64,000 nucleotides of DNA from Acidobacteriota bacterium (GCA_037444305.1 JBBIMP010000029.1:2758-66757), one strand, 5' to 3'. Counted from the first letter of the stretch, positions 1 to 11,450 are shown. Notes: generated by a model not told the origin, from the letters alone. Numbers and translations are program-made.

Positions 1-5
1 GAACT

Positions 6-548
6 ATGCGAAACCAGGCGAGCGCCGACAGGGCGAAGGCAGCGCAAGCACGAAATCACAACCCGGGATTCTCCCTCACCGAGCTGATCATCGTTTTGGC
101 GGGGGTTTCGCTGCTGGCGTCCATCGCGGTGCCGATCGGAGAAACCGCGCTGGACCAGTATGCGCTGCTCATGGCCGCCGACCAGATCACAACGCAATTG
201 CAGGCTGCGCGGCTCAAAGCGGTGAGCAGCAACGAGACCTTCCGCCTCCGTTTCGGCCCGGCCGCCGGTGCCTACAGGATCGAATCGGGCGCCGGGGAAG
301 TCACGGCGGGCCCGTTTTTCCTGCCCCGCGGCGTGAATTGGAATGCCGCCGACACCAGGAGCGCCATCAGTTTCCCGGGGAGTTTCGTGGCGTTTCTTCC
401 CACCGGCAATCTGCCTGCCACCGGCGACGGGTCGGCGGGGAGGGTCAAAATCGTCAATCAGACCAACCGCAAGATCGATATCGTGGTTTCCAGCGGCGGG
501 ATGATCAGCCGAACCCCGACCTACCGGACAACCTCCCCGCCCTTCTGA
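6..548 (+). CDS. Prepilin-type N-terminal cleavage/methylation domain protein (GspH/FimT-like minor pilin or pseudopilin). It may be 5'-partial at the window edge.
   Basis: Translation carries the motif NPG-FSLTELIIVLAGVSLLASIAVP, a prepilin peptidase site with Glu at +5, followed by a hydrophobic helix. Only 5 nt lie upstream of the ATG inside the window. Confidence 0.6.
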   Translation: MRNQASADRAKAAQARNHNPGFSLTELIIVLAGVSLLASIAVPIGETALDQYALLMAADQITTQLQAARLKAVSSNETFRLRFGPAAGAYRIESGAGEVTAGPFFLPRGVNWNAADTRSAISFPGSFVAFLPTGNLPATGDGSAGRVKIVNQTNRKIDIVVSSGGMISRTPTYRTTSPPF

Positions 549-803
549 GCCCGGCGCCTTTCCGGCCGCGCATCAGCAGGCTATTCCACCGAGCCCGCGT
601 CAATCCGCGTCACAGGCGCCGGCCGCCGGCAGGAACAGTCGTTGCAGAATCGATCCATTTCCCTCCGTGTAATCTGTGAAATCCGTGGCTCGAGCCGTTT
701 CTTCAAGCCCTTGCCGCTTGCATGCGAGCCGTGGAGATGATTACATATGAGAACACGCTGACCTCGGGCTCCCGGTTTCCACGGCGTCCGGAAAGGAGCA
801 ACC

Positions 804-1190
804 ATGACTCTCAGGGATAAGTACAAGGATGTGTTGGACACGGCATCCCGGCTTCCACTCAGGGAAGCCTCGGTGCGAGAAGAAGGCCAGAAGCTGCTTA
901 TCAAAGGCACCTGCGCCTACCAGCTGGACAAGGACGTGCTATGGGACAAGATAAAGGCCCGGGAGGGATGGAAAAAGGAGGTCGAGGCCGACATCAAGGT
1001 CGAGAAAACGGATATCTACGGCGTCTACACCGTCCAGGAGGGCGATACCCTGTCGGGCATCGCCAAGCGGCACCTGGGAAACGCCAACCGCTATATGGAG
1101 ATTTTCAACCTGAACCGGGACGTTTTGACCAATCCCGACCTCATCCGGATTGGTCAGAACCTCAAGCTGCCGAACAAGCAAGGCGGATAA
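804..1190 (+). CDS. BON + LysM domain protein (Kbp/YgaU-like).
   Basis: C-terminal LysM signature YTVQEGDTLSGIAKRHLGNANRYMEIFNLNRDVLTNPDLIRIGQNLKLP. The N-terminal roughly 70 aa is BON-like. AAAGGAG RBS precedes the ATG. Confidence 0.75.
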   Translation: MTLRDKYKDVLDTASRLPLREASVREEGQKLLIKGTCAYQLDKDVLWDKIKAREGWKKEVEADIKVEKTDIYGVYTVQEGDTLSGIAKRHLGNANRYMEIFNLNRDVLTNPDLIRIGQNLKLPNKQGG

Positions 1191-1192
1191 AG

Positions 1193-1714
1193 ATGAAAGG
1201 AATTTACCTAAAGCATTACAACACCAATGAATACTTAAAACCTCATGAACATGTTGGTATTTCCCTTGTAGAACTGCTCATCCTGCTGGCAATTCTCTCG
1301 CTTGCCGCCGCCATCGCCATCCCCGGCTACATGATGCGGCGAATGATCGCCAACGAGGCGGCGGCCATCCAGGGCTGCAAGTTGATTGCCTCAGCCGAAC
1401 TCGCCTATGCCGCAGCCAACGAAAACAACTTCGGGGAAATCGCCGACCTGGTCGATGCCGAACTGCTGGATCCCCGCTACGCCGGCGAGCTGCCCGTAAA
1501 CGGATACCGCTACCGTAACGGGGATGTCATCGGAACCGACCTGGACGGCGAGTGTCCGGCCTCCTTCGGATTCCTGGCCGTGCCTGAGCCCGGGGCGGGC
1601 CGGTTCGTCTATGCGATCGCGCCCGACCAGCTCGTCCGGTACCAGGGACCTGCCACCGGATTCAAAATGCCGGCGGGGATAGTGGCCGGAACGGTCGTGG
1701 AAGCGGACAAGTAG
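1193..1714 (+). CDS. Type IV pilin (PilA-like) with an unusually long 22-aa leader.
   Basis: G-ISLVELLILLAILSLAAAIAIPGY followed by MRRMIANEAAAI is the classic class III signal peptide and N-terminal helix (compare GFTLIELMIVVAIIGILAAIAIPQY). A Cys pair (GCK...GECP) fits the pilin D-region disulfide. The leader is encoded in an AT-rich patch (1193-1260). Confidence 0.65.
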   Translation: MKGIYLKHYNTNEYLKPHEHVGISLVELLILLAILSLAAAIAIPGYMMRRMIANEAAAIQGCKLIASAELAYAAANENNFGEIADLVDAELLDPRYAGELPVNGYRYRNGDVIGTDLDGECPASFGFLAVPEPGAGRFVYAIAPDQLVRYQGPATGFKMPAGIVAGTVVEADK

Positions 1715-1904
1715 ATCCAGCATCCCGGTGCCGTCCTTGCCGGGGAAAGCGGGCAGCGGATCCCCCTTCCTGAATTCAAATCCTTGGAACAAGATCCAAT
1801 TCATTGAACCAACAAAACTGGCTCCCTGACGCCGAGCGCCCCGGCCAGATGCACTAATCATTATTCCATAGGCACTTACGACAACAGCTGCGGTACGCCT
1901 CACC

Positions 1905-1920
1905 GCCTGTCCTGTGGCAT
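1905..1920 (+). promoter_or_regulatory. Candidate sigma-54 (-24/-12) promoter TGGCAT-N5-TTGCA upstream of the TonB-dependent receptor.
   Basis: The sequence tggcatgtactttgca matches the TGGCAC-N5-TTGCW consensus at the GG and GC positions. It lies about 115 nt upstream of the ATG at 2035. Confidence 0.35.
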
Positions 1921-2034
1921 GTACTTTGCATGGTGAAACGGATCTTCTTCGCATTGAAGGAGCGTTGGAGTGGCACCCGAGAAGGAAGATTTTAATTAGC
2001 GTTGAATCCAACAATTATCAGAGAGGATGAAAAT

Positions 2035-5000
2035 ATGTTTAATCGAAGCAGCCGAATGAAGTTGCTTTCATTTTGGCTACTTTTTGCCGTGGCAATGCTC
2101 TCCGTGGCGCCCCAGTCCCTGGCCCAGGGAACCTCCGGCACCATCACCGGTGTCGTGAAAGACCAGTCGGGCGCCGTGGTTCCCGGGGTGACGGTTACGG
2201 TCCGTAGCCTCGAGACCAATGCCGGCCGGACGGTGGTTTCCGCCGCCGACGGGCGCTACACGGTCCCCGGCCTGACCCCGGGACCCTACGAGGTAACGGC
2301 GGAGCTGACCGGATTTGCCAAGTACGTCCGCTCCCCGATCAACCTCCTTCTGAACCAGAACGCGATCGTCGATCCGGAACTTCGCCCCGCAACCGCGGCC
2401 GAGACCGTGATCGTGACCGACGACGCGCCGCTGATCAACACCACGACCTCGGAAGTGGGCGTGCGCTTCGATGAGAAGCGGCTCTCCGACCTCCCGACCC
2501 TCCCCTCCGCGGGCGGCGGATTCCGCGACGTGTTCGCTTTCGCGCTTTCCGCGGCCGGAGTCAGCCAGCTCAACAGCGGGAATTCGGGCTTTGCCGCGGG
2601 CACCAACTTCTCCTCCAACGGGATGCGCCCGCGCGGCAACAACTTCATGGTGGACGGCCAGGACTCCAACGATCCGAGCGTTACCGGTAGAACCCAGGTC
2701 ATGAACAACCCGGACATCATCCGGGAGTTCCTGCTGGTGACCAACCAGTTCCAGGCCGAGCACGGCCGCGCCGCCGGGTCGGTCGTGAATGTCGTCACCA
2801 AGAGCGGGACGAACGAATTCCACGGCTCGCTGTTCTGGTTCAACAACAACAACGCGCTGAACTCGCTGAGCAACCTCGACAAGGCCGCCAAGATGACCGA
2901 GGCGCCCTTCCGGATTGAAAACCAGTTCGGAGGCACCCTGGGCGGGCCCGTGCTCAAAGACAGCATGTTCTTCTTCGGGTCGCTGCAGCGCTGGACCGAC
3001 CGGCAGATCGGTTCAGGGAGCACCATCACCGGCATCCCGACCGAGGCCGGCCGGGCAACCCTCCAGACGGTGGCCGGCAGCAGGCCCCAGGTGCAGGCGC
3101 TGTTGAAGCACCTCCCCGCCGCCACCACCCCGATCAACAAGACCGTGGCGCTGACCGTCGGCGGCCAGACCTACCAGATCCCGGTCGGCTCGCTGACCAA
3201 CTCTGCCGGCGCCACTTTCAACAACTGGCAGTGGTCGGGCCGCATCGACAAGACTCTGGGGAATCATTCGCTCGGAGGACGCTACCTTTACAACAACAGC
3301 GTCTCGGACGGTACTGGGCAGGCGACGCCTCCAGGCCTTACTACCTACGTTCCCTCGCGCCAGCAGGCAATGTCTCTGTTCCTCACGAGCAATCTGACCC
3401 CCAAAACGCTCAACGAGGCGCGGATCTCCTGGCAGAGGCTCGGAACCACAACCACGGCAGCCAACCCCGTTTCTGAGGAAATCCCCTCTCTGGAGATCAC
3501 AGAACTGGGTTTGACCGGCTTCAACGCCGCCGCCAGCCGCACGGCCGTCGGCCTCGCGGTCAACCTGCCGCAGTACCGCTTCAACAACACCTGGCAGCTG
3601 CAGGATACGATGTCGTGGATTCACAAGAACCACACCATCAAATTCGGGATCGACTTCCGCCGGATCGACGTGAAGAGCTTCTTCTTCCCGACCATCCGCG
3701 GACTGCTGCGCTACCCGACGCTGCAGCGCTTCGTGGACGACATTGCCGAGGCGGCCAACATCAACAAGCCCCTGCCGGGCGGCCAGGAGATCAACTACTA
3801 CGAGTGGAGCGACTACCACGCGTTCATCCAGGATACCTGGAGGGTGACGCCGCGGTTTACGCTCAACTTCGGCCTCCGGTACGAGCGGCCGGGCAACGCC
3901 ATGGCAAGCCTCTTCCCGCTGAACGAAAAGATCGTCCAGACCAACGGCGGCAACGCCGTCTTCCAGTTGAAGCCCAAGCCGGGCGACGACAACAACAACT
4001 TCCAGCCCCGAGTAGGATTCAGCTGGAATCCCGAGACCGGAACCGACGGCATCCTCGGCTGGCTGACCGGCGGCAACAAACTGGTCATGCGCGGCGGCTA
4101 TGCGCGGACGAACGACTACCAGTTCATCAACCTCGCGCTGAACGTCGCCAGCGCCTTCCCTTATGTGGCGGCCATCAACAGCTCCAACCTGGCCAATGCC
4201 TGGACGGTGCTGCCCAACCAGAGGGCCGACCTGAGCAACCCGGCTTCGTTGAACCTGCTTACCCGGACGGTGCTGGCGGAGGACTTCCGCGCGCCGATCG
4301 CCGAGCAGTTCTCGCTGGAATTCCAGCGCCAGATGGCGGCCAATACCGTCCTGCGCCTCGGCTACGTCGGGACCAAGGGGACGGGCCTGTTCCAGACAAT
4401 CGACGGCAACCCGCGGACCAAATGCGCCACGCCGCCGAACTGCCCCAGGGTGGATCCCCTGGCCGGCGTGATCCGGCTGCGCGCGAACGCGGCCGCCTCG
4501 ATCTATCACTCGATGCAGCTGAGCTTCGACAAGCGCTTCTCCAAGGGCTTCAGCGGCGGGTGGCACTACACCTGGAGCGCCTTCATCGACGACGCCTCCG
4601 ACACGTTCAATCCGTCGGTGCGCGGCGAGGTGGCGATTTCGCAGGACTCGTTCGACCGCCGCTCCGACCGTGGCCGGTCGACCTACGACAGGCCGCACCG
4701 CTTCTCGACCAACTTCGTCTACGAGCTGCCGTTCTTCCAGAATGACTCCGGCGCCCTGCGCCACATCCTGGGCGGCTGGCAGCTCGCCTCGTTCATCACC
4801 CTGCAGAGCGGATCGCCCTGGGGGCCGCTGAACGGAACCGATCCCGCCGGCGCGCTGGCGGGGATCGACGGCCTGGTGGGGAACGCCATCCGGCCGAACA
4901 TGAACACCAGTATCGCCGTGTCCAAGCTGTCGGTCGAAGACCTGCTGGCCCAGGGGGGCCGTTCCCTGTTCTCCACGCTGCCGACCAACGGTTCGCAGCG

Positions 5001-5247
5001 CGTCGGCAACGCGGGACGGAACATCCTGCGCAGCGACGGGATCGCCAACTGGGACGTCAGCATCAAGAAGAACATGCGCGTGACCGAGACCAACACCCTC
5101 GAGTTCCGGCTCGACATGTTCAACGCCACCAACACGCGCAACTTCGGCATCCCCGAGGCGCGCGTGAACAACGCCGGCTTCGGCAACCAGTGGGGCACCG
5201 ACGGAGGCAACCGCAGGATCTTCTTCGCCCTGCGCTACGCCTTCTAA
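2035..5247 (+). CDS. TonB-dependent receptor with N-terminal carboxypeptidase-regulatory-like domain (Acidobacteria-type outer membrane receptor).
   Basis: Signal peptide MKLLSFWLLFAVAMLSVAPQSLAQG, then GTITGVVKDQSGAVVPGVTVTVRSLETNAGRTVVSAADGRYTVPGLTPGPYEVTAELTGF (CarboxypepD_reg), then a roughly 900-aa beta-barrel ending ...FFALRYAF with aromatic C-terminus. Start 2035 chosen by the GAGAGG RBS. Confidence 0.85.
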   Translation: MFNRSSRMKLLSFWLLFAVAMLSVAPQSLAQGTSGTITGVVKDQSGAVVPGVTVTVRSLETNAGRTVVSAADGRYTVPGLTPGPYEVTAELTGFAKYVRSPINLLLNQNAIVDPELRPATAAETVIVTDDAPLINTTTSEVGVRFDEKRLSDLPTLPSAGGGFRDVFAFALSAAGVSQLNSGNSGFAAGTNFSSNGMRPRGNNFMVDGQDSNDPSVTGRTQVMNNPDIIREFLLVTNQFQAEHGRAAGSVVNVVTKSGTNEFHGSLFWFNNNNALNSLSNLDKAAKMTEAPFRIENQFGGTLGGPVLKDSMFFFGSLQRWTDRQIGSGSTITGIPTEAGRATLQTVAGSRPQVQALLKHLPAATTPINKTVALTVGGQTYQIPVGSLTNSAGATFNNWQWSGRIDKTLGNHSLGGRYLYNNSVSDGTGQATPPGLTTYVPSRQQAMSLFLTSNLTPKTLNEARISWQRLGTTTTAANPVSEEIPSLEITELGLTGFNAAASRTAVGLAVNLPQYRFNNTWQLQDTMSWIHKNHTIKFGIDFRRIDVKSFFFPTIRGLLRYPTLQRFVDDIAEAANINKPLPGGQEINYYEWSDYHAFIQDTWRVTPRFTLNFGLRYERPGNAMASLFPLNEKIVQTNGGNAVFQLKPKPGDDNNNFQPRVGFSWNPETGTDGILGWLTGGNKLVMRGGYARTNDYQFINLALNVASAFPYVAAINSSNLANAWTVLPNQRADLSNPASLNLLTRTVLAEDFRAPIAEQFSLEFQRQMAANTVLRLGYVGTKGTGLFQTIDGNPRTKCATPPNCPRVDPLAGVIRLRANAAASIYHSMQLSFDKRFSKGFSGGWHYTWSAFIDDASDTFNPSVRGEVAISQDSFDRRSDRGRSTYDRPHRFSTNFVYELPFFQNDSGALRHILGGWQLASFITLQSGSPWGPLNGTDPAGALAGIDGLVGNAIRPNMNTSIAVSKLSVEDLLAQGGRSLFSTLPTNGSQRVGNAGRNILRSDGIANWDVSIKKNMRVTETNTLEFRLDMFNATNTRNFGIPEARVNNAGFGNQWGTDGGNRRIFFALRYAF

Positions 5248-5270
5248 CCGGCCGTCCCGCGACCGGCTCC

Positions 5271-5311
5271 ATGGCTCCGGGGGCGCGTTGCGCTCCCGGA
5301 GCTTTTTTATT
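5271..5311 (+). terminator. Rho-independent terminator of the TonB-receptor gene.
   Basis: Hairpin ggctccggg-ggcgcgttgcgct-cccggagc followed by ttttttatt. Confidence 0.6.
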
Positions 5312-5384
5312 CCCACGCTCCTTGTGCAAAATGGGGGCGTTCGCCGTCGCCGCCTTCGTGCTGGCTCTTCAATGCGACCTTCCT

Positions 5385-5535
5385 CGGTGGCTCCGCGCTT
5401 CTGCTTCTGCCAATCATGCTTGCCGGCCGGGAGTCCACGGAGCCCGGAGCGACAGCGACGGGTCGCGCTGCTTGACCGGGTTGCAGGACCGCTCACTGGC
5501 GTTCGCGGCTTCCGTTTGCCGCGTATCTTCAATTC
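5385..5535 (+). repeat. Copy 1 of the modular interspersed repeat family (modules C-A-linker-B-C'), forward orientation.
   Basis: Shares ctgcttctgccaatcatgcttgccggccgggag, gcccggagcgacagcgacgggtcgc and gaccgctcactggcgttcgcggct(t)ccgtttgc with the copies at 22125 and 59490. Confidence 0.7.
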
Positions 5536-5610
5536 GGCTTTCCTCGGTTGCGGCCTCGGAGCGCAAGGCAGCTCGCCGGTGGCTTTTGTCTCCCGATCCG
5601 CTGCTCGTGC

Positions 5611-5651
5611 CAAAACGAAAAGGGGCGACCGCCTGTTGGCGGCCGCCCCCT
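5611..5651 (-). terminator. Probable terminator of nuoM (minus strand).
   Basis: Inverted repeat ggggcgaccgcc-tgtt-ggcggccgcccc. On the minus strand it is followed by TTTTCGTTTT. Confidence 0.45.
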
Positions 5652-5672
5652 GAAGCCGTGGGCCGGATCCCG

Positions 5673-7232
<1,560 letters not shown>

Positions 7233-7294
7233 CGGATCGAACTCCTTGTGTTATGAGCCTTCAAGCCCGTGGTCGCCCCACGATCCTGCCGGCG

Positions 7295-9352
7295 CTACAG
7301 CCTCACGAAGTCGTTGTAGAAAATGAGGACAAACACGATGATCCCCACCACCGCAGCCAGGGCGTACCGCTGGACCAGTCCGGTCTGGAATGATGTGGCG
7401 ATCCGGTTCAGGGCCATGTTGAGCCAGCCCACGAAGTTGACGAGGCCGTCCACGACATACTTGTCGAAGATCCGCGAGACCGTGGCCGTCACCCGCGTCG
7501 TGGCCGCGGTCCCGTTGACGGCGCCATCCACGAACTGGGCATCCACGAACCAGCAGCCGTCGGCCAGGTCCTTGGTGCGGTTGACGAACAGGGCGTCGTA
7601 GGCCTCGTCCACGAAGTATTTGTGGAACACCAGGCGGTACAGCCCGCGGAACCGCTCGGTGATCCTGTCCGCCGTTCCGGGTCGCTGGACGTAGAAGCGA
7701 TAGGCCAGGAAAATGCCGGCAGCGGCGATGAGCACCGACAAGCCCGTCAGGGCGAGCTCCTCCGCCACCGAGTGGTGGGCGTGCGCCGCGGCGGTTTCCG
7801 GCACCCGGAGCACCGGCGAGAGGAAGTGTTCGAACCGGTTGGCCATGCCGGTCCAGGCGGGCAGCCCGACGTACCCGCCGACCACCGAGAGCACCGCCAG
7901 CGCCACGAGCGGGTACGTGACCCTGCGCGGCGATTCCTGCAGATGGTGCCGGGTGTGGTCATCCATCCGCTCTTCACCCCAGAAGGTCAGGAACACAAGC
8001 CGGAACATGTAGAACGCGGTCATGCCCGCGCCGGCCCACAGCAGCGCCCAGATTACCGGATGGCCGTTCGCCCACGCCTTCCAGAGAATTTCGTCCTTGC
8101 TGAAAAACCCGGCGAGCCCGGGCACGCCCGCGATGGCCAGCGTCCCGATCAGCATCGTCCAGTAGGTGTAGGGCAGATGCTTTCGCAGGCCTCCCATTTT
8201 CATCATGTCCTGCTCGTGATGCATCGCCATGATGACCGAGCCCGAGCCGAGGAAGAGCAGCGCCTTGAAAAAGGCGTGCGTCATGAGATGAAAGATCCCG
8301 CCGACAAAGGCGCCGACTCCGAGCGCGGCGAACATGTAGCCCAGCTGGCTGACCGTGGAATAGGCCAGCACACGCTTGATATCCGTCTGCGCAAAACCTA
8401 TGGTGGCCGCGAAGATCGCCGTCAAGGCGCCCACCACCGCCACGATCATCATCGTTTCGGGCGCGCGCGCGAAAATGGCATTGCAGCGGCAGACCATGTA
8501 GACGCCGGCGGTCACCATCGTGGCCGCGTGGATCAGCGCGCTGACGGGCGTCGGGCCCTCCATGGCGTCCGGCAGCCAGGTGTAGAGCGGGATCTGCGCG
8601 CTCTTGCCCGTCGCCCCGATGAAGAGGCAGATGGTCGCCCAGAAGAGCCAGCCGAATCCATCCTGCACCGGCATCTCGGCAGCCTTGCTGAAGACCTCCT
8701 CGTAGCGCAGCGAACCGAAGTGCGCAAACAGCAGCATCATCCCCAGGATAAAACCAGCGTCGCCGATGCGGTTGACCACGAAGGCCTTCTTCCCCGCGTC
8801 TCCCGCGCTCTTCTTCTCGAAGTAAAAACCGATCAGCAGGTAGGAGCAGAGCCCTACGCCTTCCCAGCCCACGAACATCAGGACGAAGTTGTTCGCCAGC
8901 ACGAGCGTCAGCATGGCGAACATGAAAAGATTCAGGTAGGAAAAAAACCGATAGTATCCCGAGTCGTCCCACATGTAGCCCGTGGAGTAGACGTGGATGA
9001 GGAAGCCGACGCCGGTGACGACGAGAATCATGACGGCCGAAAGCGGATCGAGCTGGAATCCCCAGGGCACCGTAAACTCCGCCAGGCCTCCGCCCGCCAT
9101 GGGGAGCTTGCCCGCGTTCATCCAGGTGAACAGGTCCGCCGAATAGAGCTTGTCCGGCGTCAGGACGAACAGCTCGTAAGTCGCCGCCGCGGAGACGAGA
9201 AACGAGAGGGCGACCGCGGTGAGCGCGATGAAAGAGACCGTCTTCTTACTGAGCCGTTCCCCGGCGATCCGGAGCTTGAAAAGGCCGTAAATTCCGATCA
9301 ACGCGCTGCCGGCAAGGGGGAAGAGCGGGATCAACCAGATGTAGTTCAACAT
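7295..9352 (-). CDS. nuoL: NADH-quinone oxidoreductase subunit L (NuoL / ND5 family).
   Basis: 685 aa with TWLPDAMEGPTPVSALIHAATMVTAGVYMVCR and a long C-terminal extension typical of NuoL. Confidence 0.85.
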   Translation of the reverse strand: MLNYIWLIPLFPLAGSALIGIYGLFKLRIAGERLSKKTVSFIALTAVALSFLVSAAATYELFVLTPDKLYSADLFTWMNAGKLPMAGGGLAEFTVPWGFQLDPLSAVMILVVTGVGFLIHVYSTGYMWDDSGYYRFFSYLNLFMFAMLTLVLANNFVLMFVGWEGVGLCSYLLIGFYFEKKSAGDAGKKAFVVNRIGDAGFILGMMLLFAHFGSLRYEEVFSKAAEMPVQDGFGWLFWATICLFIGATGKSAQIPLYTWLPDAMEGPTPVSALIHAATMVTAGVYMVCRCNAIFARAPETMMIVAVVGALTAIFAATIGFAQTDIKRVLAYSTVSQLGYMFAALGVGAFVGGIFHLMTHAFFKALLFLGSGSVIMAMHHEQDMMKMGGLRKHLPYTYWTMLIGTLAIAGVPGLAGFFSKDEILWKAWANGHPVIWALLWAGAGMTAFYMFRLVFLTFWGEERMDDHTRHHLQESPRRVTYPLVALAVLSVVGGYVGLPAWTGMANRFEHFLSPVLRVPETAAAHAHHSVAEELALTGLSVLIAAAGIFLAYRFYVQRPGTADRITERFRGLYRLVFHKYFVDEAYDALFVNRTKDLADGCWFVDAQFVDGAVNGTAATTRVTATVSRIFDKYVVDGLVNFVGWLNMALNRIATSFQTGLVQRYALAAVVGIIVFVLIFYNDFVRL

Positions 9353-9661
9353 AAATTCCTACTTTTTCCGGGAGTTCGGCGTGGGCTTGCAGCCCCAGTG
9401 CCGTGAGTGCAAGATTCCCCGCAACCTTTCTGCTTTCAACCGTTCGGCGGCACCGGCGCATCGCTGCCGTCTCCACCTTCGAGCCGCTCCAAAAAAACGC
9501 TCTAACCTGAGCATCTTCAATCAGTAACACTCAGGAAGAGCGGCTCTTAGTAACACAGCGTTCCACGGATTGTCAATGCAAAATACCCGCCAAAGAAGCT
9601 GTGCGCGGGGATGGCTTCGGCTGCGGCGTGTTGGCTGTCCGATCTGCTTGCGGAATCCGCT

Positions 9662-10291
9662 TCAGTCCTCCACCGGATTTCTCGACTCGCGTTCCCGCCG
9701 GAGCAGCTCCTTGTAGATTTCCTCTATTTGCACGCGCGTCTCCCGGAAGGTCCCCGAGGTGTCGATGACGTAGTCCGCCAGTTTCACCTTTTCTTCGACC
9801 GGCATCTGCGCTTCCATGCGGGACCGCGCCTCCTCCAGGGTCAGGTCGCTCCGGTTCATCAGCCGGGCCGACTGCAGCCCCGCATCACAGGTCACTACGA
9901 TCAGGACGTCGTGCATCCTGTAAAAGCCCGATTCGACCATGAGCGCGGCATCGACGATGACAATCCCGTTCGGGCTCCCCTCTTGCAGCTGGAAAATCCG
10001 GCGGAGCACTTCATCCCTCACATCGGGGTGGACCAGGCTGTTCAGCAGAAGCCTCTTGGGGGTGTCGTTGAAGACGATGGTTCCGAGCGACCTGCGGTTT
10101 ATTGTGCCGTCGGGATTCAGAATGCCCTCCCCGAACGCGGCCACGACCTTTTCGCAGGTCTGGCTGCCGGGTTGCATGAGTTCGTGGGCGATGACGTCTG
10201 CGTCGATGACGTGAGCGCCCAGCTCTGCGAAGACGCTCGCCGCCCTGCTCTTGCCCGAAGCGATGTTCCCCGTGAGGCCGACCTGGAGCAT
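9662..10291 (-). CDS. coaE: Dephospho-CoA kinase.
   Basis: MLQVGLTGNIASGKS P-loop start and CoaE-like body (about 209 aa). The longer ORF-track start at 10507 adds a non-homologous N-terminal extension. Confidence 0.8.
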   Translation of the reverse strand: MLQVGLTGNIASGKSRAASVFAELGAHVIDADVIAHELMQPGSQTCEKVVAAFGEGILNPDGTINRRSLGTIVFNDTPKRLLLNSLVHPDVRDEVLRRIFQLQEGSPNGIVIVDAALMVESGFYRMHDVLIVVTCDAGLQSARLMNRSDLTLEEARSRMEAQMPVEEKVKLADYVIDTSGTFRETRVQIEEIYKELLRRERESRNPVED

Positions 10292-10472
10292 ACCGGGCAT
10301 CATACACAAGCCCGATTCTCCGTGGCAAACGCCAAAAAGGCCCTCCCGGCCTCTCCACGCCAAATCCCGGGTCGCAAACCCGGTTCGTTGACGGATCCGG
10401 ATCCCATAGGGTAACTTGTCGCAGGCTGCGCGCTCCGCGCCGGCAGGCAATCTACCATGAGGTCGCACACCA

Positions 10473-11450
10473 ATGAAGACTCTGATCACGGGCGGGGCGG
10501 GATTCATCGGGTTTCACGTCGCCTCCAGGCTCCTGACACTGAAGCACGAAGTGGCAATCCTGGACAACTTCAACGATTTTTACGATCCCCAGCTCAAGCG
10601 GCGCAACGTCCGGGACCTCGAGGAGCTGGGGCCGGTTTCCCTGCACGAAACCGACATCCTCGAGCGGGAGAATCTCCGCCGCGCATTCCGGACGATCGAA
10701 CCCGAGACTGTGATTCATCTGGCCGCCTGGGCCGGCGTCCGGCCTTCCCTCCTGAGGCCGGCGTTATACGCCGACGTCAACGTTACCGGCACGGTTCACC
10801 TGCTGGAACTCGCGCGCGAGTTCCAGGTGGGCAGCTTCATCTTTGGATCTTCGTCCTCGGTTTATGGTGGCAGCGAGCGCGTCCCGTTCCGGGAAGACGA
10901 TCCCGTGGACACGCCGGTGTCGCCCTATGCCGCTACCAAGCGCGCCGGGGAGCTTCTTTGCCACACTTATGCCCACAATCACGGTCTGAAGGTGACCTGC
11001 CTGCGCTTTTTCACGGTCTATGGCCCCCGGCAGCGGCCGGAAATGGCGATTCACAAGTTCAGCCGGCTGATCCTGGAGGGCGGGGAGATCCCGGTGTTCG
11101 GCGACGGCTCCTCCAGGCGCGACTACACCTACATCGACGACATCGTCGCCGGCGTGATTGCGGCAGTGAGGGTGAATCCGCAATTCGAAATCCTGAATCT
11201 GGGGGAATCCGAGACCATCGGCCTGCTGGAACTGGTGGCGCTGCTCGAGGAGGCCCTTGGGAAGAACGCGAAACTGGCCTTTCTGCCGGAGCAGCCCGGG
11301 GACATGCCCATCACCTACGCCGACATCGCCAGGTCGAGGCGTGTTCTCGGCTACGCCCCGCAAACCCCGATCCGGGAAGGGATTCGCAAGTTCGCCCAGT
11401 GGCTGCTCGAGGGGGACAGGCTACCGTGTCCCCCAACGGGGACACGGTAG
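10473..11450 (+). CDS. NAD-dependent epimerase/dehydratase (UDP-sugar 4-epimerase family).
   Basis: MKTLITGGAGFIGFHVASRLL Rossmann motif, YxxxK region, 325 aa. Confidence 0.85.
   Translation: MKTLITGGAGFIGFHVASRLLTLKHEVAILDNFNDFYDPQLKRRNVRDLEELGPVSLHETDILERENLRRAFRTIEPETVIHLAAWAGVRPSLLRPALYADVNVTGTVHLLELAREFQVGSFIFGSSSSVYGGSERVPFREDDPVDTPVSPYAATKRAGELLCHTYAHNHGLKVTCLRFFTVYGPRQRPEMAIHKFSRLILEGGEIPVFGDGSSRRDYTYIDDIVAGVIAAVRVNPQFEILNLGESETIGLLELVALLEEALGKNAKLAFLPEQPGDMPITYADIARSRRVLGYAPQTPIREGIRKFAQWLLEGDRLPCPPTGTR

Noticed and set aside
941-1714. 257-aa ORF starting inside the LysM gene.
   Set aside because: The first 84 codons overlap the BON-LysM gene in another frame and are Gly/Arg-rich. 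The pilin starts at the ATG at 1193.
3013-5613. 866-aa minus-strand ORF.
   Set aside because: It is antisense to the TonB-dependent receptor and Arg/Gly/Pro-rich. The receptor frame has a signal peptide and beta-barrel motifs.
9662-10507. Long form of coaE (281 aa).
   Set aside because: The extra 72 N-terminal residues have no CoaE homology and precede the P-loop start MLQVGLTGN. The shorter start was chosen.
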